DNA from: Nostoc punctiforme PCC 73102
Lineage (GTDB): Bacteria; Cyanobacteriota; Cyanobacteriia; Cyanobacteriales; Nostocaceae
DNA length: 32,000 nucleotides
Direction: 5' to 3'
NCBI RefSeq assembly: GCF_000020025.1
Contig: NC_010628.1
Location: 3,270,001-3,302,000, forward strand
Shown here piece by piece: positions 1 through 8,545 of this stretch. Made by a program: the position numbers and the translations under genes. Each line of letters starts with the position of its first letter. Position 1 is the stretch's first letter. The notes beneath the pieces are model-generated. The model ran no database searches and was not told the origin of the DNA. It saw only the letters and a program-made list of their open reading frames with translations.

Positions 1-1333
1 TAAAAAGTACCGAACTAACCACTCCGTCTTTAATAATCACTTTTTCTATCAACGCCCGAAATATTACCCGCTTTTCATCATCTGGCAGCGTATGCCAATA
101 CAAAGGATCGGGGAACGATTTGAGCATATCAATTCTAGAATCAGTTTCAACTTGGCGATCGCCCAAGCTATAAACAAATTCATTGATGCGTCGCTGTAAC
201 TTGGTTTTTGCATCCTCAATGTCTGGATCGTACCCTAATTGAGATAAAGCAGTTAGGCGCGATCGCAGTTGCATCAACTCTTGGGGTTCTATGGTGGTGG
301 CGGTAATACCGGCAAAATTAACAATTTCCCTAGATTTTTTGACCAACATTGAAATCACTGCATCTTCCACGATTTCAATACGCGGCGTGCGTCGTTGTGA
401 ACAAGTTTGAGATTGAATGCGCTGTTTGCGGCGGCGACAATAAACATAGATTCTTTCATTAGGGGCAGTTCCCCCGTGTGCCACGGTCATCTTAATTTGG
501 CATTCGCCGCAGAACATCAACCCCCCCAAAGGATACTGTCTAGCGATGCGGTTTTGGCCCCAGTACTGTTTGTTATTTTGGAAAATCTCACAAATGACCC
601 GATATTCAATTTCAGTCATCACCGCTTGATCGGAATGGGTATTGTGAATTATGGTTTCCCATTGTTCGTAGGTGCGATTATAGGGTGTGTGTCCTCGGAG
701 CGTGGGATTAAGCAACCAGCGCCGCAAACCGTTGGCCGTCCACTGCTTACCATATTTCTCATCAATTAATCGGCAAGCGCCTTGGAGCGATCGCACCGCC
801 AAAAATGCCTCAATTTGACCACGGGCGTTGACTTTGGGGTCAAGTTGGTATTTTTCATCTACTCGAATGTAGCCGTAGGGTGGCTTAGGATTAGCTTTTA
901 CCTTTTCACGGAAGTATTCAAACCCCTTTTTAATCCTCATACTCAGCATTCGGCTTTCAAATTCGGCATTTAGCCCAGCTTGACTGCGCTGTAGCCATTG
1001 ATAGGGATTAGCAAGGTCAATCAGTCCGCCAGCATCTAATATCTCTAGCTGCACTTCACACCGAAAAAATGTTTCTAAGATTTGCAAAGTTGTGATTCCC
1101 CGCCTTGTAATGCGATCGTCACGGGTAATGCACACACAACTTACTTGGCGCGATCGCACCAATGCCATCAATTTTTCAAATTCAGGTCGGTCATCATCAC
1201 TCCCTGATTGAATATCAAAAAATATTTCTTGGCAGCCAGCACGCTCTAGTCGGTTAATTTGTTGGGCAGCCGCATGAGTACAATCAGCTTGCTCGTTTGT
1301 CGAAACCCTTCCGTAACCTAGTTTTTGTTTCAT
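1..1333 (-). CDS. Large serine recombinase, XisF-like (partial; C-terminus lies beyond the left window edge)
   Basis: Absent from the supplied ORF track because no stop lies inside the window. My reverse-complement translation from the ATG (1333-1331) is open to position 1 (444 codons, checked row by row). It reads MKQKLGYGRVSTNEQADCTHAAAQQINRLERAGCQEIFFDIQSGSDDDRPEFEKLMALVRSRQVSCVCITRDDRITRR..., which is a resolvase-type catalytic domain (YGRVST nucleophile-Ser motif, SG..RP, DR..R). A recombinase domain (KPPYGY) and a Cys cluster FCGEC...YVYCRRR (zinc-ribbon-like) follow. Track ORFs 407..769 and 782..973 (+) are antisense artefacts of this gene. Confidence 0.85.
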   Translation of the reverse strand, partial: MKQKLGYGRVSTNEQADCTHAAAQQINRLERAGCQEIFFDIQSGSDDDRPEFEKLMALVRSRQVSCVCITRDDRITRRGITTLQILETFFRCEVQLEILDAGGLIDLANPYQWLQRSQAGLNAEFESRMLSMRIKKGFEYFREKVKANPKPPYGYIRVDEKYQLDPKVNARGQIEAFLAVRSLQGACRLIDEKYGKQWTANGLRRWLLNPTLRGHTPYNRTYEQWETIIHNTHSDQAVMTEIEYRVICEIFQNNKQYWGQNRIARQYPLGGLMFCGECQIKMTVAHGGTAPNERIYVYCRRRKQRIQSQTCSQRRTPRIEIVEDAVISMLVKKSREIVNFAGITATTIEPQELMQLRSRLTALSQLGYDPDIEDAKTKLQRRINEFVYSLGDRQVETDSRIDMLKSFPDPLYWHTLPDDEKRVIFRALIEKVIIKDGVVSSVLF

Positions 1334-1370
1334 TTGCCGTTTTAACTCTCACTACAGTGAAGCCTTAGAT

Positions 1371-1931
1371 ATGATGGGAGTTGCTCTCAGTAATAAATGT
1401 AAATATGAAGTTGATAATCATCCTTGGCAAAATCCAATTACTACTGTAGGTATAACTGTGTTACCTAAAGGCGATTTATTGCATCACAAATTTGGTGTAA
1501 TAGATAGCCAAACAGTAATTACAGGTTCTCATAATTGGTCAGACGCTGCCAATAATGGTAACGATGAGACACTTGTAGTAATTGAAAATCCCATAGTTGC
1601 GGCTCACTATGTGCGAGAATTTGCTCGTCTTTATGCCAAAGTTAAACCCGGCTTACCACCAGCAATTCAAGAAAAGGTGAAATTAGAACAAACACGCTGT
1701 CCCCAGATCAAAAGTTCTTCATCAAGTGAACTACAAGCAATTAAACAAATAAATATTAATATTGCAAGTTTGCCAGAATTAGAAACTCTCCCTGGCGTGG
1801 GTAAGAAGTTAGCACAACGGATAATTCTTAGCCGTCAACAGCAAAAGTTTACATCTTTACAAGACTTAGAAAGAGTTCCAGGGGTTAAGGCGAAGACATT
1901 GGAAAAATGGCGCGATCGCGTGGTTTGGTAG
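1371..1931 (+). CDS. PLD-superfamily (single HKD, Nuc-like) nuclease domain fused to a ComEA-type helix-hairpin-helix tail; apparently only the 3' portion of a gene
   Basis: The HKD motif HHKFGVIDSQTVITGSHNWSDAANNGNDE begins only about 38 aa after the called Met. The C-terminal LPELETLPGVGKKLAQRI...LQDLERVPGVKAKTLEKW gives two HhH motifs as in ComEA. There is no signal peptide, and too little sequence precedes the HKD motif for a complete PLD fold. The frame stays open upstream to 1278, across the recombinase start codon. Confidence 0.7.
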   Translation: MMGVALSNKCKYEVDNHPWQNPITTVGITVLPKGDLLHHKFGVIDSQTVITGSHNWSDAANNGNDETLVVIENPIVAAHYVREFARLYAKVKPGLPPAIQEKVKLEQTRCPQIKSSSSSELQAIKQININIASLPELETLPGVGKKLAQRIILSRQQQKFTSLQDLERVPGVKAKTLEKWRDRVVW

Positions 1932-1951
1932 CAGTTTTTGTTTAAAAAATA

Positions 1952-1984
1952 AGATCCCCGACCTCTCAAAGAAGTCGGGGATCT
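1952..1984 (-). terminator. Intrinsic terminator hairpin between convergent genes
   Basis: agatccccgac (1952-1962) pairs with gtcggggatct (1974-1984) in an 11-bp perfect stem with an 11-nt loop. On the minus strand it is followed by TTATTTTTT, which fits termination of the glycosyltransferase gene. It may also stop the + strand gene. Confidence 0.7.
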
Positions 1985-1996
1985 GGGGCACACAAA

Positions 1997-3082
1997 TTAA
2001 ATGCGATCGCTACTTAAAGCAATCAAATTGCGTGAATGCCCATTCCGAGAAAATCGTTCTGCTATTATTTTTTGATAAACCGCTTCATAGCCATCAGTCA
2101 TTTGCTCAACGCTGAAAAGGTCTTCGACATATTGGCGACAAGTATAGCGGTCTAACTCTATTACCCGATCCACAGCACTGATGCACTCTTGAAGATTATT
2201 GCAGAGGAAACCCGTCTTACCGTGGGAAATTACCTCTTCAGTAGACCCCAAGTTCATCGCAATCACTGGCGTACCCGAAGCCATTGACTCAACCATCACT
2301 AATCCAAAGGGTTCCCGCCAAGTAATGGGGAACAGAGTTGCAAATGCGCCTCCCATGAGGGCATTTTTTTGAGCATGATTAGCTTCACCCAAATACTGAA
2401 TTTGCTCTCCGTCGATGTGGGGTTTGATTTCCTTCTCAAAGTATTCCACATCAACGACATCTACCTTGCCTGCCATTTTCAAGCACCAACCGGCTTGTTT
2501 AGCAATTTCTATTGCTAAATGCGCTCCCTTTTCAGGAGACATCCGACCCAAAAACGCTAAGTAAGGCGGATCTTCTGGTTGGGCGTGAAAATTATAACTG
2601 CTGACATCAATTCCGTTGTAGACCGTTGCTATACAGTTCAACCCTAACCTTGGTTCTCGTTGTGCATCAGAAATACTAACGTAGGGTTGTTTTTTACCAA
2701 AACTAAACATCTTTTCGTTGTCAGAGGTAAAAATCCCATGCAACGTGTGAACCGTAGGGGTTGTGACGAGATTTGCGTAAGCCAGTGCCCCATGCCCGAT
2801 ATGGGAGTGAATAATATCAAACTCTTCTGCGCGTTCATACGCCGAAGCGAGATTCAGCGTTTCATAAACGCTGTAATCTTTGATAGTGCGATCGAGTCTG
2901 AGCGCACGGGGATGAACTGACACAAGTTTTGCCAGACTGATAGAATCTCCCGATGCAAATAAAGTTACTTCGTGTCCGCGTCGGACTAATTCATCGGTTA
3001 GTAACCCCACTACTAACTCTATACCTCCATAAGCTGGAGGTGGAACTCTTTCCCATAATGGAGCTACTTGAGCAATTCTCAT
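1997..3082 (-). CDS. Glycosyltransferase, GT-B fold (family 4 / Glycos_transf_1 type)
   Basis: The N-terminus MRIAQVAPLWERVPPPAYGGIELVVGLLTDELVRRGHEVTLFASGDS and the C-terminal EPFGLVMVESMASGTPVIA motif (E-x7-E-type region) are typical of GT4 enzymes. I prefer the ATG at 3082 (SD-like AGGAGG about 7 nt upstream) over the TTG at 3103 used by the track. Confidence 0.85.
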   Translation of the reverse strand: MRIAQVAPLWERVPPPAYGGIELVVGLLTDELVRRGHEVTLFASGDSISLAKLVSVHPRALRLDRTIKDYSVYETLNLASAYERAEEFDIIHSHIGHGALAYANLVTTPTVHTLHGIFTSDNEKMFSFGKKQPYVSISDAQREPRLGLNCIATVYNGIDVSSYNFHAQPEDPPYLAFLGRMSPEKGAHLAIEIAKQAGWCLKMAGKVDVVDVEYFEKEIKPHIDGEQIQYLGEANHAQKNALMGGAFATLFPITWREPFGLVMVESMASGTPVIAMNLGSTEEVISHGKTGFLCNNLQECISAVDRVIELDRYTCRQYVEDLFSVEQMTDGYEAVYQKIIAERFSRNGHSRNLIALSSDRI

Positions 3083-3738
3083 CACAAACCTCCTAAAAAA
3101 CAAAGCTAGAATTAGAAGTTTTTTATTTCTGTTGTCGTAGTGCTTGTAATTAATTAACTTGGCATCAGAAAGTAACTTCGGATACTAAATTTATTAACAA
3201 TTTCCTTCAAATCTTATGCTGCTTCTTCTATATTGTTTGTCTATCTTAGTACGGAAATTACCCACTCCTAAAGAGGTAAATCTATTCCGATATATTAATT
3301 TTTGGTTGTTTGGTGTAATTTTAAATATAGATTTTTTGATGAATAATAATTTTATTAAATTGCCAAAACTCACTTTAAATAGTGATATTAGGCGATAAAT
3401 ATCCAATTTTGCTTATCAAGTATCGTATTTACAAATATTAATTAAATAATAAAATCTGTAGATACTCTTTGGGCGGCTTTCCGTACTCTAAAAGATAAAC
3501 TGTAGCCGTCCAAAAGACATATTTGGGTAAATTAGGTAGTTTGAAATCAAAAACAGCAATTTTATTAGAAGTTCTATCCAAGTTTTTCAAGGTAACAATC
3601 AATTCTGTTCTTGTTGACCTTATTTAAAGGCAATAGGAAGTCACGAGAATTACCTCCATGAGTTGGATTCCCTCGTAGCCAAGAGTGAGAAAACAGAGTT
3701 AAATAATTGACTTATTAGATAAAATATGATATTTTGTA

Positions 3739-4572
3739 TTGCCATCAATAAAAATAATATATATAAACGTGAATATCTCTCCATCTCTCAAAAAACCGCG
3801 TGTCTCATGGCAAGCGGTTTTCTCACTAGTAATATTTGTGTTCATGTACCTGCCTATACTGGTACTTAGCTTTTATAGCTTCAATCAGTCGCCCTATAGC
3901 GCAACTTGGCAAGGATTCACTCTCGATTGGTATCGCAAGTTGTTCAGCGACGATCGCATTTTATCAGCCTTGCAAAACAGTATGATAGTTGCTGGTTGTG
4001 CAGTTGGGGTTTCAGCCGTGCTGGGAACTTTGATGGCAGTTGGGTTAGCGCGTTACGAATTTCCTGGCAAGAAATTGTATCGGGGTATTTCTTACTTACC
4101 ATTGATTATTCCCGACATTGCGATCGCAGTGGCAACCCTAGTTTGTTTAGCCGCCTTTGCCATACCCCTAAGTTTGTGGACGATAGTTGCAGCGCATATC
4201 GTGTTTTGTCTAGCTTATGTCGGACTTGTAGTTGCTTCACGACTTACCAATTTAGATCCCCACCTAGAAGAAGCAGCACTAGATTTAGGCGCTACACCAA
4301 CGCAAGCTTTCATCCAAGTATTATTACCTCAATTGATGCCTGGTATTTTAGCTGGTTGTCTTTTGGCCTTTGTCCTCAGCTTAGATGACTTTCTGATTTC
4401 CAGCTTTACTGCCGGTAGCGGTTCTAACACCCTACCAATGGAAATTTTTAGCCGGATTAGAACAGGAGTCAAGCCTGATATTAACGCGCTGAGTGTCATG
4501 TTGATTTCAGTATCTGCGATCGTTGCATTTATAGCTGAATTAATTCGCGCTTCTGGAGAAAATAAAAGCTAA
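3739..4572 (+). CDS. ABC transporter permease, PotC-like (polyamine-type inner-membrane component)
   Basis: Multi-TM protein with the EAA-loop-like segment LEEAALDLGATPTQAFIQVLLPQLMPGI typical of binding-protein-dependent permeases. The N-terminus resembles PotC (YLPILVLSFYSFN). The start is uncertain (TTG 3739 or GTG 3769). No cognate ATPase, second permease or binding protein is adjacent. Confidence 0.8.
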   Translation: MPSIKIIYINVNISPSLKKPRVSWQAVFSLVIFVFMYLPILVLSFYSFNQSPYSATWQGFTLDWYRKLFSDDRILSALQNSMIVAGCAVGVSAVLGTLMAVGLARYEFPGKKLYRGISYLPLIIPDIAIAVATLVCLAAFAIPLSLWTIVAAHIVFCLAYVGLVVASRLTNLDPHLEEAALDLGATPTQAFIQVLLPQLMPGILAGCLLAFVLSLDDFLISSFTAGSGSNTLPMEIFSRIRTGVKPDINALSVMLISVSAIVAFIAELIRASGENKS

Positions 4573-4892
4573 AAATAAAACTTGCAATTAATAATCAAAA
4601 TTATGGATAACTTGGTTCTCCATGAACTTTTTTAGATGGCAAAAAAAGCTATATTCAAAGAGACGTTGCAATGTAAACACCTCTACATTCTTCATACTTA
4701 TGTATTTGTATTTACCAATAGTTAAAAACGTCCCAACATAGATAAATATATAAAATTTATTCATCTTCTTGTTCTCGTGTTCAAAGAAGTTTAAGCACAT
4801 GAATAAACTTCCGTGTTCGCTTCTGTACATAACTGTTTTCAATTAGATAATATTGGGGCTAACTTTGGAGAAAATGCTATTTCCCCCTCATT

Positions 4893-6731
4893 ATGCAAAT
4901 CTGCCAAAATCCCAATTGCTCAAATCCATTCAACTCTGATAGCAATAGATTTTGCGTGAGTTGCGGACAAAGCAGCTTTGGCAAACTTCTAAGAAGCCGT
5001 TACCGCGTATTAAGACTCTTAGGTGAAGGTGGATTTAGTAGAACCTATGCTACAGAAGATGTAGACAGACTAAACGCGCCTTGCGTCATCAAGCAATTTT
5101 TTCCCCAATTTCAGGGAACCGGACAACGCACCAAAGCAGCAGAATTTTTTAAAGAAGAGGCTTTTCGGTTGTATGAACTGGGAGAAAATCATACTCAAAT
5201 TCCCAGATTACTAGCTTATTTTGAACAAGGTGCTAGTTTGTATCTTGTTCAAGAATTTATTCAAGGAAAAACTCTCTTACAAGAAGTTCAGCAACAAATC
5301 TATGGTGAAAAGCAGGTTTGGGAACTTTTAGCTGATTTATTGCCAGTTCTGGAATTCATTCATACACATAATGTCATTCATCGGGATATCAAACCAGAAA
5401 ATATTATCCGCCGTGCAAGCGATCAAAAACCCGTATTAATTGACTTTGGTGGTGCTAAACAAGTAACACAAACCAGTTTAGGAAGACAGGCTACAGTAAT
5501 TTATACCCTTGGTTATGCCCCAACCGAACAAATGGCTGGATTTGCTTGTCACGGCAGTGATTTGTATGCTTTAGGTGTAACTTGCGTGCGTCTTTTAACT
5601 CGATGTTTGCCTTTGCAGGATGCTTCTGGACAGGTTAATGACCCTATTTATGATGCCATGAATGCTAAATGGTTGTGGCGCGAACGATTACAAGAAAAAA
5701 GTATTACTATCAGCGAAGACTTAGAGAGAATTTTAGAGAAATTACTAAAACATCTACCTAGTGAAAGATATCAAACAGCAGTAGAAGTTATCAATGATTT
5801 GAAATTTGCAACATCGAACATTGAACCGGTTGCCCTGAAAATTGTTTCGATGTCTCAACCCATATTACCGCCGTTACCACAGGAAGTAATAGTACCATTA
5901 CCTCCCTTAGAAACCTTTGAATTTGACGTAGTGACAGTAGACACAGGTGGTAGAGAAGTAAACCGCATGAGTGGTAATGCAAACTTCTTTACCGAAGAAT
6001 TGGGTAAATCTGTCACCTTAGAAATGGTATCGATTCCTGGCGGTACTTACATGATGGGTTCACCGGAATGTGAAGGAGATGCTGATGAACGTCCTCGACA
6101 TAAAGTTACCGTCAAACCGTTTTTTATGGGGAAATTTCCCGTAACTCAAGCACAGTGGAGAGTAGTAGCAGCTTTACCCAAAATCAAACAAGCTTTAAAT
6201 CCCAATCCATCAAAATTTAAAGGTTTAGATAGACCAGTAGAAAATGTATCTTGGTATGAGGCTGTAGAATTCTGTCTCAGAATATCAGAAAAAACTGGAC
6301 GCGACTATCGTTTACCCAGTGAGGCTGAATGGGAATATGCTTGTCGGGCTGGAACTACAACATCCTTCCACTTTGGCGAAACCATTACCTCTGAGTTAGT
6401 CAGTTGCACTATTGAAACAGCAAGCAAATTTCGTAGAGAGACAACCAACGTCGGTAGTTTTGGAGTCGCCAACGCCTTTGGATTATACGATATGCACGGG
6501 CTAGTTTGGGAATGGTGCGCTGACTCGTGGCACAACAATTACAGCGATGCACCTTCAGATGGAACAGCCTGGGAAGTTGGCGGTGATATTAATCGCCGAG
6601 TGCTACGTGGTGGTTCTTGGAGTTTCAATGCCGAACTGTGTCGCAGCGCCAGCCGTAGCTGGAATGAGTCAGACGGTGGACTGAGGGTTTGTGGCTTTAG
6701 AGTAGTATTTTCCGTAGAGGAGATTATTTAG
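4893..6731 (+). CDS. Ser/Thr protein kinase with N-terminal 4-Cys zinc-ribbon and C-terminal FGE-sulfatase (SUMF1/EgtB/PvdO-type) domain
   Basis: N-terminal CQNPNC...CVSC; kinase motifs GEGGFSRTY, VIKQ, HRDIKPENII, DFG and GYAPTEQ. The C-terminal region has RLPSEAEWEYACRAGT, GLVWEWCAD and LRGGSW motifs of the FGE-sulfatase fold. Confidence 0.9.
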   Translation: MQICQNPNCSNPFNSDSNRFCVSCGQSSFGKLLRSRYRVLRLLGEGGFSRTYATEDVDRLNAPCVIKQFFPQFQGTGQRTKAAEFFKEEAFRLYELGENHTQIPRLLAYFEQGASLYLVQEFIQGKTLLQEVQQQIYGEKQVWELLADLLPVLEFIHTHNVIHRDIKPENIIRRASDQKPVLIDFGGAKQVTQTSLGRQATVIYTLGYAPTEQMAGFACHGSDLYALGVTCVRLLTRCLPLQDASGQVNDPIYDAMNAKWLWRERLQEKSITISEDLERILEKLLKHLPSERYQTAVEVINDLKFATSNIEPVALKIVSMSQPILPPLPQEVIVPLPPLETFEFDVVTVDTGGREVNRMSGNANFFTEELGKSVTLEMVSIPGGTYMMGSPECEGDADERPRHKVTVKPFFMGKFPVTQAQWRVVAALPKIKQALNPNPSKFKGLDRPVENVSWYEAVEFCLRISEKTGRDYRLPSEAEWEYACRAGTTTSFHFGETITSELVSCTIETASKFRRETTNVGSFGVANAFGLYDMHGLVWEWCADSWHNNYSDAPSDGTAWEVGGDINRRVLRGGSWSFNAELCRSASRSWNESDGGLRVCGFRVVFSVEEII

Positions 6732-6804
6732 CAATCTAATTCAAAGGCTGTAGAAATTATGAACAACAGATTTTCACCAATGTAAATTCTTTTTTATCTT
6801 ACAT

Positions 6805-7335
6805 TTATACCTCAATCATCTCTGCTGCTATGCTATTGTTTGAATTGCTATTTATTTTGCTATTTTTGAGATATTGCACAACTTCTTGATAGATTTGGCT
6901 ATTAACGCGATCGCCCCGTTGACCATCCTCTAATTTCATATTATCTACAAAAAAATTAAGTTGGAATTTAATATAAGAATTGCCTTCATCGTCATATTCT
7001 ATTGCCTTCACTAAAACTTTAGGCTCTTGCCATTTTTGTCGGGGTTCCTTAAATCGTTCTCGCAACCATTGATTTAACTCCATTACATAATCATCCAAGC
7101 GGGTTTCTTCGCTTTGGGGATTTGAAATTTTCTGATAGAGTCCCTGTGCCCGACGTTTCAGCAGATTAATCTTGCGTTCCCACTCATCAGGAATAACAAA
7201 CGCATCAGTATCGAGTAAATTAGGGTCACGAATACTAGTGCGATACCATAGCCTAATTAGTTCAATTAGGCTATCTTTAGCACGAGTTTCTTCCAATGTA
7301 AAAATAGTACGATTATTTTGAGCTTCTGCGATCAC
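6805..7335 (-). CDS. Hypothetical soluble protein, probably co-transcribed downstream of the bestrophin-like channel gene
   Basis: 176-aa ORF (GTG start) lying 17 nt after the stop of the upstream same-strand gene, with a charged, helical-looking N-terminal half. The C-terminal segment VLVKAIEYDDEGNSYIKFQLNFFVDNMKLEDGQRGDRVNSQIYQEVVQYLK loosely recalls the C-terminal domain of MscS-family channels. That resemblance is an unverified impression. Confidence 0.55.
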   Translation of the reverse strand: MIAEAQNNRTIFTLEETRAKDSLIELIRLWYRTSIRDPNLLDTDAFVIPDEWERKINLLKRRAQGLYQKISNPQSEETRLDDYVMELNQWLRERFKEPRQKWQEPKVLVKAIEYDDEGNSYIKFQLNFFVDNMKLEDGQRGDRVNSQIYQEVVQYLKNSKINSNSNNSIAAEMIEV

Positions 7336-7352
7336 TTATAGTCCAATTAAAC

Positions 7353-8249
7353 TCAAGACATCTCGATATTCTTGCTTGTCCAGTAACATCCAATATCGTA
7401 TTTGATTGTATTGCAAATAGCATCAAGGGGTAAGTCGTTGGTATCGGAACCAAAGGGATTTTCTATTTCAATCCCAATTTCTTCAATGCCAAGTAAGGTA
7501 AAACTAATCAAACTAACAAATGGCCCTGTTCCCCATCCCAAATCTTTAACTAACTGAAAAGGCAATAACAGACAGTAAATTAATAATAGTTGCTTGAGAT
7601 GAATGGAATAAGCTAGGGGGAGGGGCGTTCTTAAAATGCGTTCGCAGTGCCCTAAAGACTCCATCAAACTCTTCACAGTAGTTTGCAAAAAAATTACATG
7701 ACCGTAATGTAATACAGCATTACCACGTTGATACTGCTGTTGTAGATAATCTGCTATCCAAAAAACAATTTGTAATGGCGGCTTTTTGATTTTCTTTAGC
7801 TGTAAATATTGAGATTGAGACACCAATTCTTCTAATTCGCTACTTACAGGCTCTGACCTAAGATGCAATTTACACGCCACAATTAAAGCAGTTACCAGGC
7901 GCATCACGGCAATTCTTTTGGCTTGATCTTCTGGTTCAACTTCGTTCAGTATTGCCCCAATTTGCCAAGCCATGTTACGAGCATCGTTGACTAAGTTTCC
8001 CCATAATCTACGACCTTCCCAAAACCGTTCGTAAGAGGTATTAGTTCGGAAAACCAGTAATAAGCCTAAGACGATGCTGGGAATAATACTTCCCAAAATA
8101 GGTTGGGATACAGGGAGTTTGAAATAGTAGAGTATAGAAATAATAAAACTAAATATACCAAATCCAATAACTCGCTGATAAATGGCTAAAATAACTGACC
8201 CTCTAAGCTGGAAAGCCAGTCTAAACCAGTTTTTTGTTTTTGTTTTCAT
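7353..8249 (-). CDS. Bestrophin-family (UPF0187/YneE-like) ion channel
   Basis: Shows NTSYERFWEGRRLWGNLVNDARN and the RTPLPLAYSIHLKQ motif, with four predicted hydrophobic helices and about 300 aa. These are typical of bacterial bestrophin homologues. Confidence 0.8.
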   Translation of the reverse strand: MKTKTKNWFRLAFQLRGSVILAIYQRVIGFGIFSFIISILYYFKLPVSQPILGSIIPSIVLGLLLVFRTNTSYERFWEGRRLWGNLVNDARNMAWQIGAILNEVEPEDQAKRIAVMRLVTALIVACKLHLRSEPVSSELEELVSQSQYLQLKKIKKPPLQIVFWIADYLQQQYQRGNAVLHYGHVIFLQTTVKSLMESLGHCERILRTPLPLAYSIHLKQLLLIYCLLLPFQLVKDLGWGTGPFVSLISFTLLGIEEIGIEIENPFGSDTNDLPLDAICNTIKYDIGCYWTSKNIEMS

Positions 8250-8545
8250 CCTAACTTCAATGATTGAGCCTGATAAAAATCCATTTAGATTAAATTTATT
8301 TTATTAATCAAATAGATCAGTAGTTGTGTTAAAAAGCTAAAAAGTCAATAGTTATCTTCATTCTTAAAAGTAGTACCTGCGCTATAAGTAAGTCGGTGCA
8401 ATAAAAGCAAACTGCGTGAAGAAAGTAAACAAGGTTAAAACCTTCTTTCCCCCTGCTCCCTGCCTTCAGCAAAAACTGCCTTATCCCAACGATAATTATT
8501 TACGCTGACCTACTTGCTTTGTGTGGCGCAAGCTAAATAATAGAC

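Noticed and set aside
407-973. Track ORFs 407..769 and 782..973 on the + strand
   Set aside because: They lie antisense within the continuous 444-codon serine-recombinase frame on the minus strand, and they have no recognisable motifs.
2644-2920. ORFs 2644..2838(-) and 2660..2920(+) nested in the glycosyltransferase gene
   Set aside because: They are alternative-frame or antisense ORFs inside a well-supported CDS, with low-complexity, stop-avoiding composition only.
3239-3252. NtcA-like site GTc-N8-TAC (gtctatcttagtac)
   Set aside because: It is an imperfect half-site (GTC, not GTA), with no convincing TAN3T -10 box at the required 22-nt spacing. A single chance match is expected in 32 kb of AT-rich DNA.
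3194-3406. Two overlapping opposite-strand 60-70 aa ORFs in the 635-bp AT-rich gap between the glycosyltransferase and the permease
   Set aside because: The sequence is very AT-rich, with no SD and Ile/Lys/Phe/Asn-biased products typical of random ORFs in AT-rich spacers. The region is more likely a divergent promoter region.
3906-4388. 160-aa alternative-frame ORF inside the permease gene
   Set aside because: It overlaps a membrane-protein CDS that has clear ABC-permease motifs. The Arg/Ser-rich product is typical of an out-of-frame translation.
3739-4572. Orphan PotC-like permease as a possible remnant of a broken transporter operon
   Set aside because: The ORF is intact, and cyanobacterial ABC-transporter components are often encoded at dispersed loci. 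There is no evidence of decay.
4588-4842. 84-aa minus-strand ORF between the permease and the kinase
   Set aside because: It has a TTG start, no SD, a very AT-rich sequence and no motif. I cannot support it as a gene, although a degraded gene fragment cannot be excluded.
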